The position numbers and the translations under genes were made by a program. The notes below the pieces were generated by a model. It was not told the origin of the DNA, ran no database searches, and worked only from the letters and a program-made list of their open reading frames with translations. This document shows, piece after piece, positions 9,048 through 17,828 of a DNA stretch of 64,000 nt. The stretch comes from Candidatus Fermentibacterota bacterium (GTDB taxonomy: Bacteria > Fermentibacterota > Fermentibacteria > Fermentibacterales > JCC-6). Position 1 is the first letter of the stretch. Each line of letters starts with the position of its first letter. The stretch spans positions 448,502 to 512,501 of the forward strand of contig CAWJQI010000005.1 in NCBI GenBank assembly GCA_963845085.1, written 5' to 3'.

Positions 9048-10757
9048 ATGTCCCGCAGGATAGTTGAATGCGTGCCCAACATTTCGGAGGGAAGGAACAA
9101 GGCCGTCATCGACGCAGTGGTGAAGGCCGCTTCTGCCGTGAAGGGAGCCGCCGTTCTCGACGTCGATCCCGGCGCTGCAACCAACCGTACCGTTATCACC
9201 ATCGCCGGGGAACCCGAAGCAGTTCTTGAATCGGCATTCCGACTGATCGAAAAGGCCGGCGAGCTCATTGACATGAGGGTTCAGAAGGGCGCACACCCCA
9301 GGCACGGGGCCACCGATGTCTGCCCGTTCGTTCCTGTTAGCGGTGTCTCCATGGATGATTGTGTCGAACTGGCCCGCAGGCTCGGTGAAAGGGTCGGCGG
9401 AGAACTCGGGATCCCTGTCTACCTGTACGAGTTCGCGGCCACCAGACCCGGGCGCTGCAAGCTGCCCGACATACGCGCCGGCGAGTACGAGGCCCTGAAG
9501 GACAAGCTGGGCCGCGAGGAATGGGCGCCTGACTTCGGGCCGAACCGCTGGGACGACAAAGTTGCAAAAACCGGGGTCTGCACGATAGGGGCCAGGAACT
9601 TTCTGATAGCGTACAATGTGAACGTGAACAGCCGCGACACGTCGATAGCGAAGGAAGCCGCGCTGGCGATCCGCGACAGCGGAAAACCCGCACGAACATC
9701 CGACTGGAAGTTCGCACGGGACGCGCAGGGCAACAAGATCCAGGAAAAGGGCCGCCTCGATTGCTGCAAGGCCACGGGATGGTACATCGAGGAGTACGGA
9801 ACCTCCCAGGTGACCATGAACCTTACCGACACCTCGGTCACACCCCTGCACGTCGCGTATGAGACAACACGGGAAGAAGTCGAGAAACTTGGCGGCGTTG
9901 TCACGGGAAGCGAGATCGTGGGTCTCGTGCCGCTCTCCTCAATGCTCGATGCGGGCCGTTACTTCATCGAGAAGCAGAACAGGGGCCTCTCCGCGACAGG
10001 AAAACAGGCCGTGACGACAGGCCAGCCTGAACGCGAACTGGTGGAGACCGCCATCCGCAGCATGGGGCTGCGGGATGTTGCCCCCTTCAACCCGCGGGAG
10101 AAGATCATCGAGTACATGGTGTCCGATGGGAGTGTGAACCTCTCCGGAATGTCATGCAGGGATTTCTGCGACCAGCTCTCCATCGACAGCCCCGCTCCGG
10201 GCGGCGGCAGCGCAGCGGCCCTCGCAGGCGCCCTCTCCTCGGCTCTGGTTTCAATGGTTGCCAATCTCACCGTGAAGAATCGTGACTGCAGGATGAACTG
10301 GCAGGAGATGTGCGAGCTGGCTCCCAGGGCGCAGGCGATCAAGGAAAACCTGCTGGCTGCCATAGACGACGACACAAGGGCCTTCAATGGATGGATGGAC
10401 GCCGCCCGTTCGGGAGGCGACGTCCAGGCCGCGATCAGGGAGGCGGTGGAGGTGCCTTTGCGCGTTCTCAGGCTCTCCCGTGAGGCCGCCGAAATGGCGG
10501 TTGCGGTCACAGAGCGGGGCATGCAGGCATCCGTGAGTGATTCGGGAGTCGCAGCATCGGCGGCCCGCACCGCCGCAGAGGGCGCGTGTCTGAACGTTCT
10601 GATCAACCTCGGCGAGATCGACGATGCGAGTTACAGGGAAACCGTGAGAACCGAGGCTCTGGGGCTCCTTGATGAAACCGTTGCCATTTCAACCCGCATC
10701 TTCAACGGGATAAGGTCGGCTCTCGAGGTCAGGGCGGAACGCGGGGCGGAAAAGTGA
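9048..10757 (+). CDS. ftcD: Bifunctional glutamate formimidoyltransferase / formimidoyl-THF cyclodeaminase
   Basis: IVECVPNISEGRNKAVIDAV is the formiminotransferase N-terminal signature. The C-terminal SPAPGGGSAAALAGALSSALVSMVANLT is the cyclodeaminase signature. GGAGG lies 4 nt upstream of the ATG. Confidence 0.85.
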   Translation: MSRRIVECVPNISEGRNKAVIDAVVKAASAVKGAAVLDVDPGAATNRTVITIAGEPEAVLESAFRLIEKAGELIDMRVQKGAHPRHGATDVCPFVPVSGVSMDDCVELARRLGERVGGELGIPVYLYEFAATRPGRCKLPDIRAGEYEALKDKLGREEWAPDFGPNRWDDKVAKTGVCTIGARNFLIAYNVNVNSRDTSIAKEAALAIRDSGKPARTSDWKFARDAQGNKIQEKGRLDCCKATGWYIEEYGTSQVTMNLTDTSVTPLHVAYETTREEVEKLGGVVTGSEIVGLVPLSSMLDAGRYFIEKQNRGLSATGKQAVTTGQPERELVETAIRSMGLRDVAPFNPREKIIEYMVSDGSVNLSGMSCRDFCDQLSIDSPAPGGGSAAALAGALSSALVSMVANLTVKNRDCRMNWQEMCELAPRAQAIKENLLAAIDDDTRAFNGWMDAARSGGDVQAAIREAVEVPLRVLRLSREAAEMAVAVTERGMQASVSDSGVAASAARTAAEGACLNVLINLGEIDDASYRETVRTEALGLLDETVAISTRIFNGIRSALEVRAERGAEK

Positions 10758-12667
10758 TCAGGAGAACCTTCTTCCGCGAGGAATCCCTCTCCGCAGAAAT
10801 TGTCCGGGAGCTCGAGCGTTTCTGCCTCACCGCCCGGGGCAACATCCTCCACATGACAAGCCTTGCCGGGAGCGGTCACCCCGGCGGCTCGATGAGCAGC
10901 CTTGAAATACTCGCCCTGCTCTACAGCCAGGCCGCGGTCGACCCCAAAAACCCTTGCGGGAAGGGGCGGGACCGCATCGTTGTCAGCCACGGCCACGTCT
11001 CGCCCGCGGTCTACACAGTGCTCGGCGGGCTCGGATTCTTCAGCATCGATGACGCCGTGACAGGCTTCCGCCAGGCGGGCAGCTGCTACGAAGGTCATGT
11101 CGAAAGGCATCTTCCCGGAATCGAACTCACGTCGGGCAACCTGGGGCAGGGGCTGAGCGCCGCAACCGGAATGGCCGTTGCCGACCGGAGCCTCGGCCTC
11201 GGCAACCATGTCTGGGTGGTGACCGGCGACGGAGAGAACCAAAAGGGGCAGATAAGCGAAGCCAGGCGGTTCGCCTCAAAGTACCGCCTCGACAACCTCA
11301 CATGCATAGTGGACTGCAACCGCCTCCAGATCTCGGGCGCCACGAGTGACATCATGCCCGTGGACCACGAGGCCGAGTTCCGTTCCAGCGGCTGGGAGGT
11401 TTCCAGGGTCGACGGTCACGACCTCTGTGCTCTCTATGAGGCCCTCAGGCCTGCCGGTCAGCGAGTCCCCAGGCTTGTCATCGCTGATACGGTCATGGGA
11501 AGGGGGGTCTCCTTCATGGAGAACGACCCCGAGTTCCACGGACGCGCACTCTCGGCGGAAGAGCTCGGCGCGGCGCTCTCGGAACTGGGCCTTCCCGACA
11601 GGCTCGATGAGTTGAAGGCTGCACGTGCGGCAGGGGCACCGAGGCGTGCCGCCCACTGCGAGCCCTCATACCATGTCCTGGCATTCCAGGGAAGACCCGT
11701 CACCTATCCCGCCGGTCACCGCGGCGACAACAGGAGCGCATGGGGAGCAGCTCTTCTCGACCTTGCAAAGGCGAACATCAGCGATCCTCCGCTCGTGTTC
11801 GACTGCGACCTCGCCGGCAGCGTCAAGACTTCCGCCTTCAGGAAGGAGTTCCCGTCCTGTCACTTCCAGTCCGGCATCATGGAACATCACACCGCGACCG
11901 CCGCAGGGGGGGCTTCGCTCTCCGACAGAGTGGTTTTCTGGGCCGATTTCGGCGTCTTCGCCATGGACGAAACGTTCAACCAGCACCGGCTCAACGACAT
12001 CAACCACACGAACCTGAAGGTCGTCGCCACCCATTGCGGGCTGGATGTCGGACCGGACGGGAAGACCCATCACTGCATAAAATACGTGGGGCTGATGCGG
12101 GCTCTGCGCAACTACCAGACCATCGTCCCCGCCGATCCCAACCAGACCGACAGGGTCGTGAGGCATGCCGCCATGAACCCGGGCAACTTCTTCATCGCCA
12201 TGGGAAGGTCGAACCAGCCCGTCATCACGGGGGATGACGGAAAGCCTTTCTTCGGGGACAGCTACAGGTTCGTCTTCGGAAGGCCCGACACTCTCAGAGA
12301 GGGAACCGACGTGGCCATACTCGCCATGGGGTGCATGTGCCACAAAGCCCTGACGGTCAGAGATATACTTGCGAAAAGCGGAGTATCGGCACGCGTGATT
12401 GCGGTCAGCGCCCCGAACGCAATGGCTGACTCATTCGTCAGGGGACTTTCGAACTTCAGGCTGATCGTCACGTATGAAGACCATGACGCCGATACGGGCA
12501 TGGGTGCCGCGCTGGCCCTCAGCCTCTCCGAATTCGCTGCAAAGCCACCGCTTGCGCGCTTCGGTGTGCGGGAGTACGGGATGAGCGGCGAGCCCGAGGA
12601 CCTTTATCGAATGCAGGGGCTTCTGCCCGATCAGGTTGCGGAAGGGATTCTCGCCCGGCTGCCCTGA
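10754..12667 (+). CDS. tkt: Transketolase (fused N- and C-terminal halves)
   Basis: LAGSGHPGGSMSSLEILALLY (TPP-binding N-terminal signature), GNLGQGLSAATGMA, VVTGDGENQKGQ, and a pyrimidine-binding/C-terminal half. The GTG start overlaps the ftcD stop (GTGA). Confidence 0.85.
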   Translation: MIRRTFFREESLSAEIVRELERFCLTARGNILHMTSLAGSGHPGGSMSSLEILALLYSQAAVDPKNPCGKGRDRIVVSHGHVSPAVYTVLGGLGFFSIDDAVTGFRQAGSCYEGHVERHLPGIELTSGNLGQGLSAATGMAVADRSLGLGNHVWVVTGDGENQKGQISEARRFASKYRLDNLTCIVDCNRLQISGATSDIMPVDHEAEFRSSGWEVSRVDGHDLCALYEALRPAGQRVPRLVIADTVMGRGVSFMENDPEFHGRALSAEELGAALSELGLPDRLDELKAARAAGAPRRAAHCEPSYHVLAFQGRPVTYPAGHRGDNRSAWGAALLDLAKANISDPPLVFDCDLAGSVKTSAFRKEFPSCHFQSGIMEHHTATAAGGASLSDRVVFWADFGVFAMDETFNQHRLNDINHTNLKVVATHCGLDVGPDGKTHHCIKYVGLMRALRNYQTIVPADPNQTDRVVRHAAMNPGNFFIAMGRSNQPVITGDDGKPFFGDSYRFVFGRPDTLREGTDVAILAMGCMCHKALTVRDILAKSGVSARVIAVSAPNAMADSFVRGLSNFRLIVTYEDHDADTGMGAALALSLSEFAAKPPLARFGVREYGMSGEPEDLYRMQGLLPDQVAEGILARLP

Positions 12668-13758
12668 AGAATGGCCGAGTACTCGGCTCTGCCGGAAACG
12701 ATGCTCCAGTAGATTTGCTGGAAGCGGTCGCTTTCAGCGAGTTTTTTCATGGCCAGATCACGGAAGGGCCGGCCGTAGATCAGGTGGCGGTAAAACCCCG
12801 ATCGTGCCACCTGCCGGACGCACCTCGCCTTCGTGTTCCATGTGTCGGCTCCCTCCGTCAGGGCGACCGCGGAAAGAAAGCCGCTCTCAAGCGCGTGGGC
12901 GATCCCCTCTCCCGACACCCTGTCACAGAGCCCCGCCGCATCCCCGGCCAGCAGCACCCGCCCCCTGCCGGGAAACACGCCAGCGGTTGCCGGAGGGACC
13001 AGTCCGCCTGAGTAAGGTCTGTTCGAACCAAGTTCGAGATGTTCCAACAGGCTTTCAAAGGCTTTCCTGACCTTCCCCGGGTTGCACCGGGCTGCGAACG
13101 AGCCGAATCCGACGCACAGGTCTTCCCGCCTCGGGAACACCCAGCCGTAACCGTACGGTAGAATCCCGAAATGGATCTGGAGCCCGAGCGGGGAAAACCT
13201 TTCCATCACGGCCGGAGCAAGGGGAATGAAGGTTTCCAGGCAAAGACCGTGCCTGCCCCGGGGCCGTCCGAAGAAACGGCGTCTTACCAGGCTGTCAGCG
13301 CCGTCAGCGCCGACCATCCTCCGGAATCGGACCCTGCCGCCGCCCTTGAATACGGCCACGTCCTGACCATCGAACCCCTGGAATTCCCATTCCGTAAGAA
13401 TCCGCGCCCCGGTCTCGGCGGCCCTCCTTAAAAGAAAGGAATCGAAGGACATCCTGTCCACGAGCAGCATCTTCGGCTCCCCGGTAGTCCAGGTGCGCAG
13501 GAGGCTGAACGAGTCGAAGCATGAGAACACGCCGTGGCTTGCCTCGACAAGGTCTGTGATCTCCTGCGGAAGAAGCATGCCGCTTCCTGAGAGAAGGTTC
13601 GCTCCGAAATCGGACAGCGCACCGCCGCAGAGCTTGGGCCTTGGAAAAGCGCAACGGTCGGCCAGAACAACGTTCCGGCCCGTCGATGCGAGCTTCCAGG
13701 CGCAGGCGCAACCGGCCGGACCGCCTCCGACTACAAGAAGGTCAGTTTCAATAAGCAT
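12631..13758 (-). CDS. Geranylgeranyl-reductase-family FAD-dependent oxidoreductase
   Basis: DLLVVGGGPAGCACAWKLA (dinucleotide fold), PRPKLCGGALS, and GDAAGLCDRVSGEGIAHALESG (GGR-family C-terminal FAD motif). Start moved from TTG 13794 to ATG 13758 (MLIETDLLVVGGG). The 3' end overlaps the convergent tkt by 37 nt. Confidence 0.7.
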   Translation of the reverse strand: MLIETDLLVVGGGPAGCACAWKLASTGRNVVLADRCAFPRPKLCGGALSDFGANLLSGSGMLLPQEITDLVEASHGVFSCFDSFSLLRTWTTGEPKMLLVDRMSFDSFLLRRAAETGARILTEWEFQGFDGQDVAVFKGGGRVRFRRMVGADGADSLVRRRFFGRPRGRHGLCLETFIPLAPAVMERFSPLGLQIHFGILPYGYGWVFPRREDLCVGFGSFAARCNPGKVRKAFESLLEHLELGSNRPYSGGLVPPATAGVFPGRGRVLLAGDAAGLCDRVSGEGIAHALESGFLSAVALTEGADTWNTKARCVRQVARSGFYRHLIYGRPFRDLAMKKLAESDRFQQIYWSIVSGRAEYSAILQGSRARIPSAT

Positions 13759-13834
13759 GCCGGTGATATTCTTTATGCCGATGTGAAAGGGCAAGGCCGG
13801 GGGTATTTTCTATATTCCCTTCCGGAGGAAAACA

Positions 13835-15250
13835 ATGAAAATAGCTCTTGTGTATCCGAGATGGCAGTGGTACGAATACAACGGGCTGGCCGAACCAATA
13901 GGGGTGCTTCACCTTGTCGCCGTTCTCCGGAACGCGGGGCATACGCCGGTCTATATGGACTACTCCTCCTGCCGGAACATCACCGACCTCGACCACCTTG
14001 CTGAAGGGTGCGGCCTTGTCGGCATAGCCATCAGCGCGGCAGCAAAGATGGGCCGGGCCCGGGATGTGCTCACGCACCTCAGGTCAGTTGTGCCCGGGGC
14101 CCACTTCAACGTCGGCGGCGCATATCCGAGCATTTTTCCCGGGCTGAGCATCGAGGGCACCGGGGCGGATTCCGCAATGGTGGGTGAGGCCGAGGAAGCA
14201 ATTGTCGAGCTTGCCGACACCCTTGCGAAGGGCGGCGACTGGAGGTCCATCAGGAACATGGCCTACCCCGGCGCGGACGGCATCGTCGAGAACCCCCGCA
14301 GACCGGTGATACGTGATCTCGACACGATACCATACCCCGCGAGGGATGTTGTAGACTACGACTGGTACCTTGAAAACGGCATGAGCGAATACGGAATGGT
14401 GACAACCAGGGGCTGCCCCTTCCACTGCACCTATTGCAAGCCCAGCACCGATCTGATCTTCGGGGGGGGGATACGCCTCCGTTCCGCCAAAAACGTCGTC
14501 GGGGAGATCATGGAGCTTGCGAAGCTCAGGAACACCGACAGGATCCGCATCTTCTACAAGGACGACACCATAACCATGCACCCCACGAAGTGGTTCGAGG
14601 AGTACCGTGACCTGCTCCGCGAGGCCCGCCTGCATGTGGAATGGCACTGCAACAGCCGGGTCGATACCGTCACCCGTGAAAAGGTGCGCGTCATGGGTGA
14701 AAGCGGTTGCCACTGCATCAGCTTCGGCGTGGAAAGCGGCAGCCAGAAGATTCTTGACTGCTACGAAAAGGGAACAACCCCCGCCCAGGCTGAACAGGCC
14801 TTCAAATGGTGCCACGAATTCGGGGTGGAAGCCACGGCGAACATCATGATCGGCTATCCTCTCGAAACCCATGAAGACATCGACGCGACCTACAGGCTTC
14901 TGAAGCGGATCAAGCCCGATGACATAATCGTATATCTCTCGACCGCCATTCCCGGAAGGCACATCCATACCTGGGCGAAAGAGCAGGGCTACCTGATGTC
15001 GGACGAGAACCCCGAGCTCCTTGATCCTGCCCGCAACAGGGCCTGCGAGATCATGAACATGCGCCTGCCCTTCCTTGAACTTTCCGACGTGGTCGGCTGG
15101 AAGCACAAGATCGAACGCTACAGAAGCTGGCGCAAAGTAACAAGTATAAACAACATAGCTCGATGGGCCTCGGAGCTTGCCCGCGAACCGGGCAAGGCGA
15201 TGGGCAAGGCCGGAAAGGTCCTCAGGGGTTTCCGGGGCCAGGGAGACTGA
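13835..15250 (+). CDS. B12-binding-domain radical SAM enzyme (class B rSAM), copy 1
   Basis: The N-terminal MKIALVYPRW...IGVLHLVAVLRNAGHTPVYMDY is a B12-binding Rossmann-like domain. TTRGCPFHCTYC is the CxxxCxxC radical SAM cluster motif. GGAGG lies 6 nt upstream of the ATG. Confidence 0.8.
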   Translation: MKIALVYPRWQWYEYNGLAEPIGVLHLVAVLRNAGHTPVYMDYSSCRNITDLDHLAEGCGLVGIAISAAAKMGRARDVLTHLRSVVPGAHFNVGGAYPSIFPGLSIEGTGADSAMVGEAEEAIVELADTLAKGGDWRSIRNMAYPGADGIVENPRRPVIRDLDTIPYPARDVVDYDWYLENGMSEYGMVTTRGCPFHCTYCKPSTDLIFGGGIRLRSAKNVVGEIMELAKLRNTDRIRIFYKDDTITMHPTKWFEEYRDLLREARLHVEWHCNSRVDTVTREKVRVMGESGCHCISFGVESGSQKILDCYEKGTTPAQAEQAFKWCHEFGVEATANIMIGYPLETHEDIDATYRLLKRIKPDDIIVYLSTAIPGRHIHTWAKEQGYLMSDENPELLDPARNRACEIMNMRLPFLELSDVVGWKHKIERYRSWRKVTSINNIARWASELAREPGKAMGKAGKVLRGFRGQGD

Positions 15251-16233
15251 CCATAAGAACCCTCATCACATCCCTCTACTACGCAGTTCTGAGGTTCGCG
15301 GTCATCTGGTCGCGCAATCCGGAGTGGACGATCGGGCTTCTAACGAAACTGCGGCGCGTTTCGGACGGCAGAAGCAGGCTTCTCGAGGCGCATTTCCGAA
15401 GGATTTTCCCCGGTCTCGACGCATCGGGAATGAAACGGCTCATCAGGGATTACTGGAGCCGCCACAACAGGCATACCGTTGATCTCTTCCATCTTGAAAG
15501 GCTCACACCCGACGATCTCGCGGCGGTTGTTGAGTGGCGCGGCAGGGAGCATCTCGATGAAGCCTTGCTGCGCGGCTCGGGCACGCTACTGCTCGTACCC
15601 CACTTCGGGGACGAGAGAAGCATGCACATCCTGATGGGCATGGCGGGCTACCCTGTCGAGGTCATCTCGAGCCGCTATCTCGGCGAGGGAAGCATTCCCC
15701 GCAGGGCGAGGCTCGCCGTCGGGTCAAGATGGAACACACTGCACTTCCCCGACGAGAACCCCCGCTGGATGTACCGCGCCCTCTCCGGGAACAGGATCAT
15801 CCACTACTCCCCCACAGCCTTCGGCGGTCCGGGCGGCATCTGGGTCAACTGCTTCGGTGTGCCCGACCTCATCCCTGCCACCCCCTGGAAGCTCTTCCGG
15901 AAAACGGGATGCACAGTCCTTTTCGGCGCCTGTTTTGTCCTGCCCGGCATGAGGTTCAGGATCGAGTTCGAACCAATAGCGCTTCCCGATGATGCCGAGG
16001 GCTTTACCAGGGCGGTTATGAACCGCGTTGAACGATTGGGGCTTGAGCACCCCGGGCAGTACGACTGGAAAAACCTTGTGATACGCCACAGGGAATCGAA
16101 CACGATAGCGAGACTGGGCACGATACCGGCCTCGGAGGAGGTCCTCGAGCAGCTTGCGATCCCCGGCGACGAAGACCCCTGCCGGACGGGCAGGCTTGAA
16201 ACGCTCCCGAACCTCCGGGGTGGCCTGTCGTGA
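15163..16233 (+). CDS. LpxL/HtrB-family (lysophospholipid/lipid A-type) acyltransferase
   Basis: Hydrophobic N-terminus LITSLYYAVLRFAVIW, followed by LLLVPHFGDERSM at the position of the family's HFGNWE catalytic motif. The start is ambiguous. ATG 15163 gives an 88-nt overlap with the upstream gene. CTG 15247 would give a CTGA start/stop overlap. Confidence 0.65.
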   Translation: MGLGACPRTGQGDGQGRKGPQGFPGPGRLTIRTLITSLYYAVLRFAVIWSRNPEWTIGLLTKLRRVSDGRSRLLEAHFRRIFPGLDASGMKRLIRDYWSRHNRHTVDLFHLERLTPDDLAAVVEWRGREHLDEALLRGSGTLLLVPHFGDERSMHILMGMAGYPVEVISSRYLGEGSIPRRARLAVGSRWNTLHFPDENPRWMYRALSGNRIIHYSPTAFGGPGGIWVNCFGVPDLIPATPWKLFRKTGCTVLFGACFVLPGMRFRIEFEPIALPDDAEGFTRAVMNRVERLGLEHPGQYDWKNLVIRHRESNTIARLGTIPASEEVLEQLAIPGDEDPCRTGRLETLPNLRGGLS

Positions 16234-17654
16234 ACGTAACACTTGTCTACCCCTACTTCGGAACGGGGCACCGCAGCCTTTATTTCCCGCAGGGGCTGGC
16301 CTACGTTGCCGCCGCGCTTCAGAACGCCGGCCACCACGTTACGGTTATTGACATGGAGGGCGACGACCTTTCTGTCGAAGGGGCGCTTGATCTGATACGT
16401 GAAAGCGCGCCCGGCATGGTGGGCTTCGGTGGAATGATCACCCGGTACAAGATAGTCAGGGAGCTCGGCAGGCTTCTGAAGGCCGAAATGCCAAGAGTGT
16501 TCCTCATGGCGGGTAACAGCGGCGCGACAACCATTCCCGGCCTGTACCTCCAAAGCGCCGGGATGGACGGGGTTGTTCTCGGCGAGGGGGAGACCACGGC
16601 CGTTGAGCTTGCGCATGCTCTGGAAGCCGGCGCCGACTGGCGGGATGTTCCCGGGCTTGCCTTCAGCGACTCCGCCGGGAAAACCGTGTTTTCTCCTGCA
16701 AGACCCCTCCTCAAAAACCTTGACAGGCTTTCCTGGCCCGCGAGAGACCTGTTCCCCCTTGAAAAGTACGTGACAAGCCGTGACCACAGGGGCAGGCATG
16801 AAAGACACCTTGAAATCGTCGCCAGCCGCGGCTGTCCGCACGGCTGCACATACTGCTACCATATCTACGGCAGGACGATACGCCGCCGGTCCCCCGAATC
16901 GATAGTGACCGAGGCCGAACACATCGTGAAGAAATACGGCATAGAATACACCGGCTTTCCCGATGACCTCTTCACCAGCGACAAAGGCTTCGTCCTCGAG
17001 ACGTGCCGCCTTCTCGGCGAGAGGCTTCCCGGCATCAGGTGGTCGTGCCTTGGTAGGGCCTCAGAGGTCGACAGGGAGATGCTTCATGCCATGCGCAGGG
17101 CTGGATGCGACTGGATAAGCTACGGTATCGAATCAGGAAGCCCCGCGATGCTTTCCGCGATGAAGCGCACGGTTACACCCGAGCAGTGTCTCTCGGCAAT
17201 CCGGCTTACGCGGGCGGAGGGCATGCAGGCCGAGGGATCCTTCATGATAGGGATGTTCGGCGAGACGAGGGAAACGGTCGCGGAAACGGTGGAGTTCTGC
17301 AGAAAGGCCGACATCACGGCCCCGATGCTTTTCGTCACCCCCTACCCGGGTACACCCCTTTTCGATCTTGCCGAGAGCAGGGGGCTGATACCCGACCTGG
17401 AAGCCTACGTCCTCTCACTCGAGGCCGCCGACAAACTCCTGGTGAACCTCACCGACATGGATGACAGGGAACTCGAAAGCCTTCGCAAATGGGCAATGGG
17501 AAAGGCGGGACGAAACTACCTTCTCAGAAAGCCCTTCACCCGTGTCCCCTCCCTGCTCTGGAAGCATCTCACCCTGAGGGGCTTCGACCAGTTGACACGG
17601 GACGCCGCAGAATTCCTGAGGGGTTTCGGGAAGCCTCCCGCAGAACACCGGTAG
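16230..17654 (+). CDS. B12-binding-domain radical SAM enzyme (class B rSAM), copy 2
   Basis: VNVTLVYPYF...GLAYVAAALQNAGHHVTVIDM is the B12-binding domain. ASRGCPHGCTYC is the CxxxCxxC motif. The GTG start overlaps the stop of the acyltransferase (GTGA). Confidence 0.8.
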   Translation: MNVTLVYPYFGTGHRSLYFPQGLAYVAAALQNAGHHVTVIDMEGDDLSVEGALDLIRESAPGMVGFGGMITRYKIVRELGRLLKAEMPRVFLMAGNSGATTIPGLYLQSAGMDGVVLGEGETTAVELAHALEAGADWRDVPGLAFSDSAGKTVFSPARPLLKNLDRLSWPARDLFPLEKYVTSRDHRGRHERHLEIVASRGCPHGCTYCYHIYGRTIRRRSPESIVTEAEHIVKKYGIEYTGFPDDLFTSDKGFVLETCRLLGERLPGIRWSCLGRASEVDREMLHAMRRAGCDWISYGIESGSPAMLSAMKRTVTPEQCLSAIRLTRAEGMQAEGSFMIGMFGETRETVAETVEFCRKADITAPMLFVTPYPGTPLFDLAESRGLIPDLEAYVLSLEAADKLLVNLTDMDDRELESLRKWAMGKAGRNYLLRKPFTRVPSLLWKHLTLRGFDQLTRDAAEFLRGFGKPPAEHR

Positions 17655-17759
17655 GGATTCCCTCAGTTCCATTTCCGGACAGGCAAAATGCCGCCACAGA
17701 ATCGTTGCCGGGCCTTATGCAGGGGATGGTCGGTTCACCGGACGCTATGACAGGCCATC

Positions 17760-17788
17760 TTGACTCGTCACGAATGTAAAACTAAATA
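17760..17788 (+). promoter_or_regulatory. Sigma70-like promoter candidate (TTGACT - 17 nt - TAAATA)
   Basis: TTGACT at 17760..17765, a 17-nt spacer, and TAAATA at 17783..17788, about 35 nt upstream of the GAGGAGG RBS of the next gene. This is pattern match only. Confidence 0.3.
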
Positions 17789-17828
17789 ATAGCAGTGATT
17801 TGAGTCGCACTCACTGAGGAGGATGCAA

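Noticed and set aside
14084-16922. Minus-strand ORFs 14084..15106 and 15804..16922 inside the rSAM/acyltransferase operon
   Set aside because: They are antisense shadows of genes that carry clear CxxxCxxC and acyltransferase motifs on the + strand.
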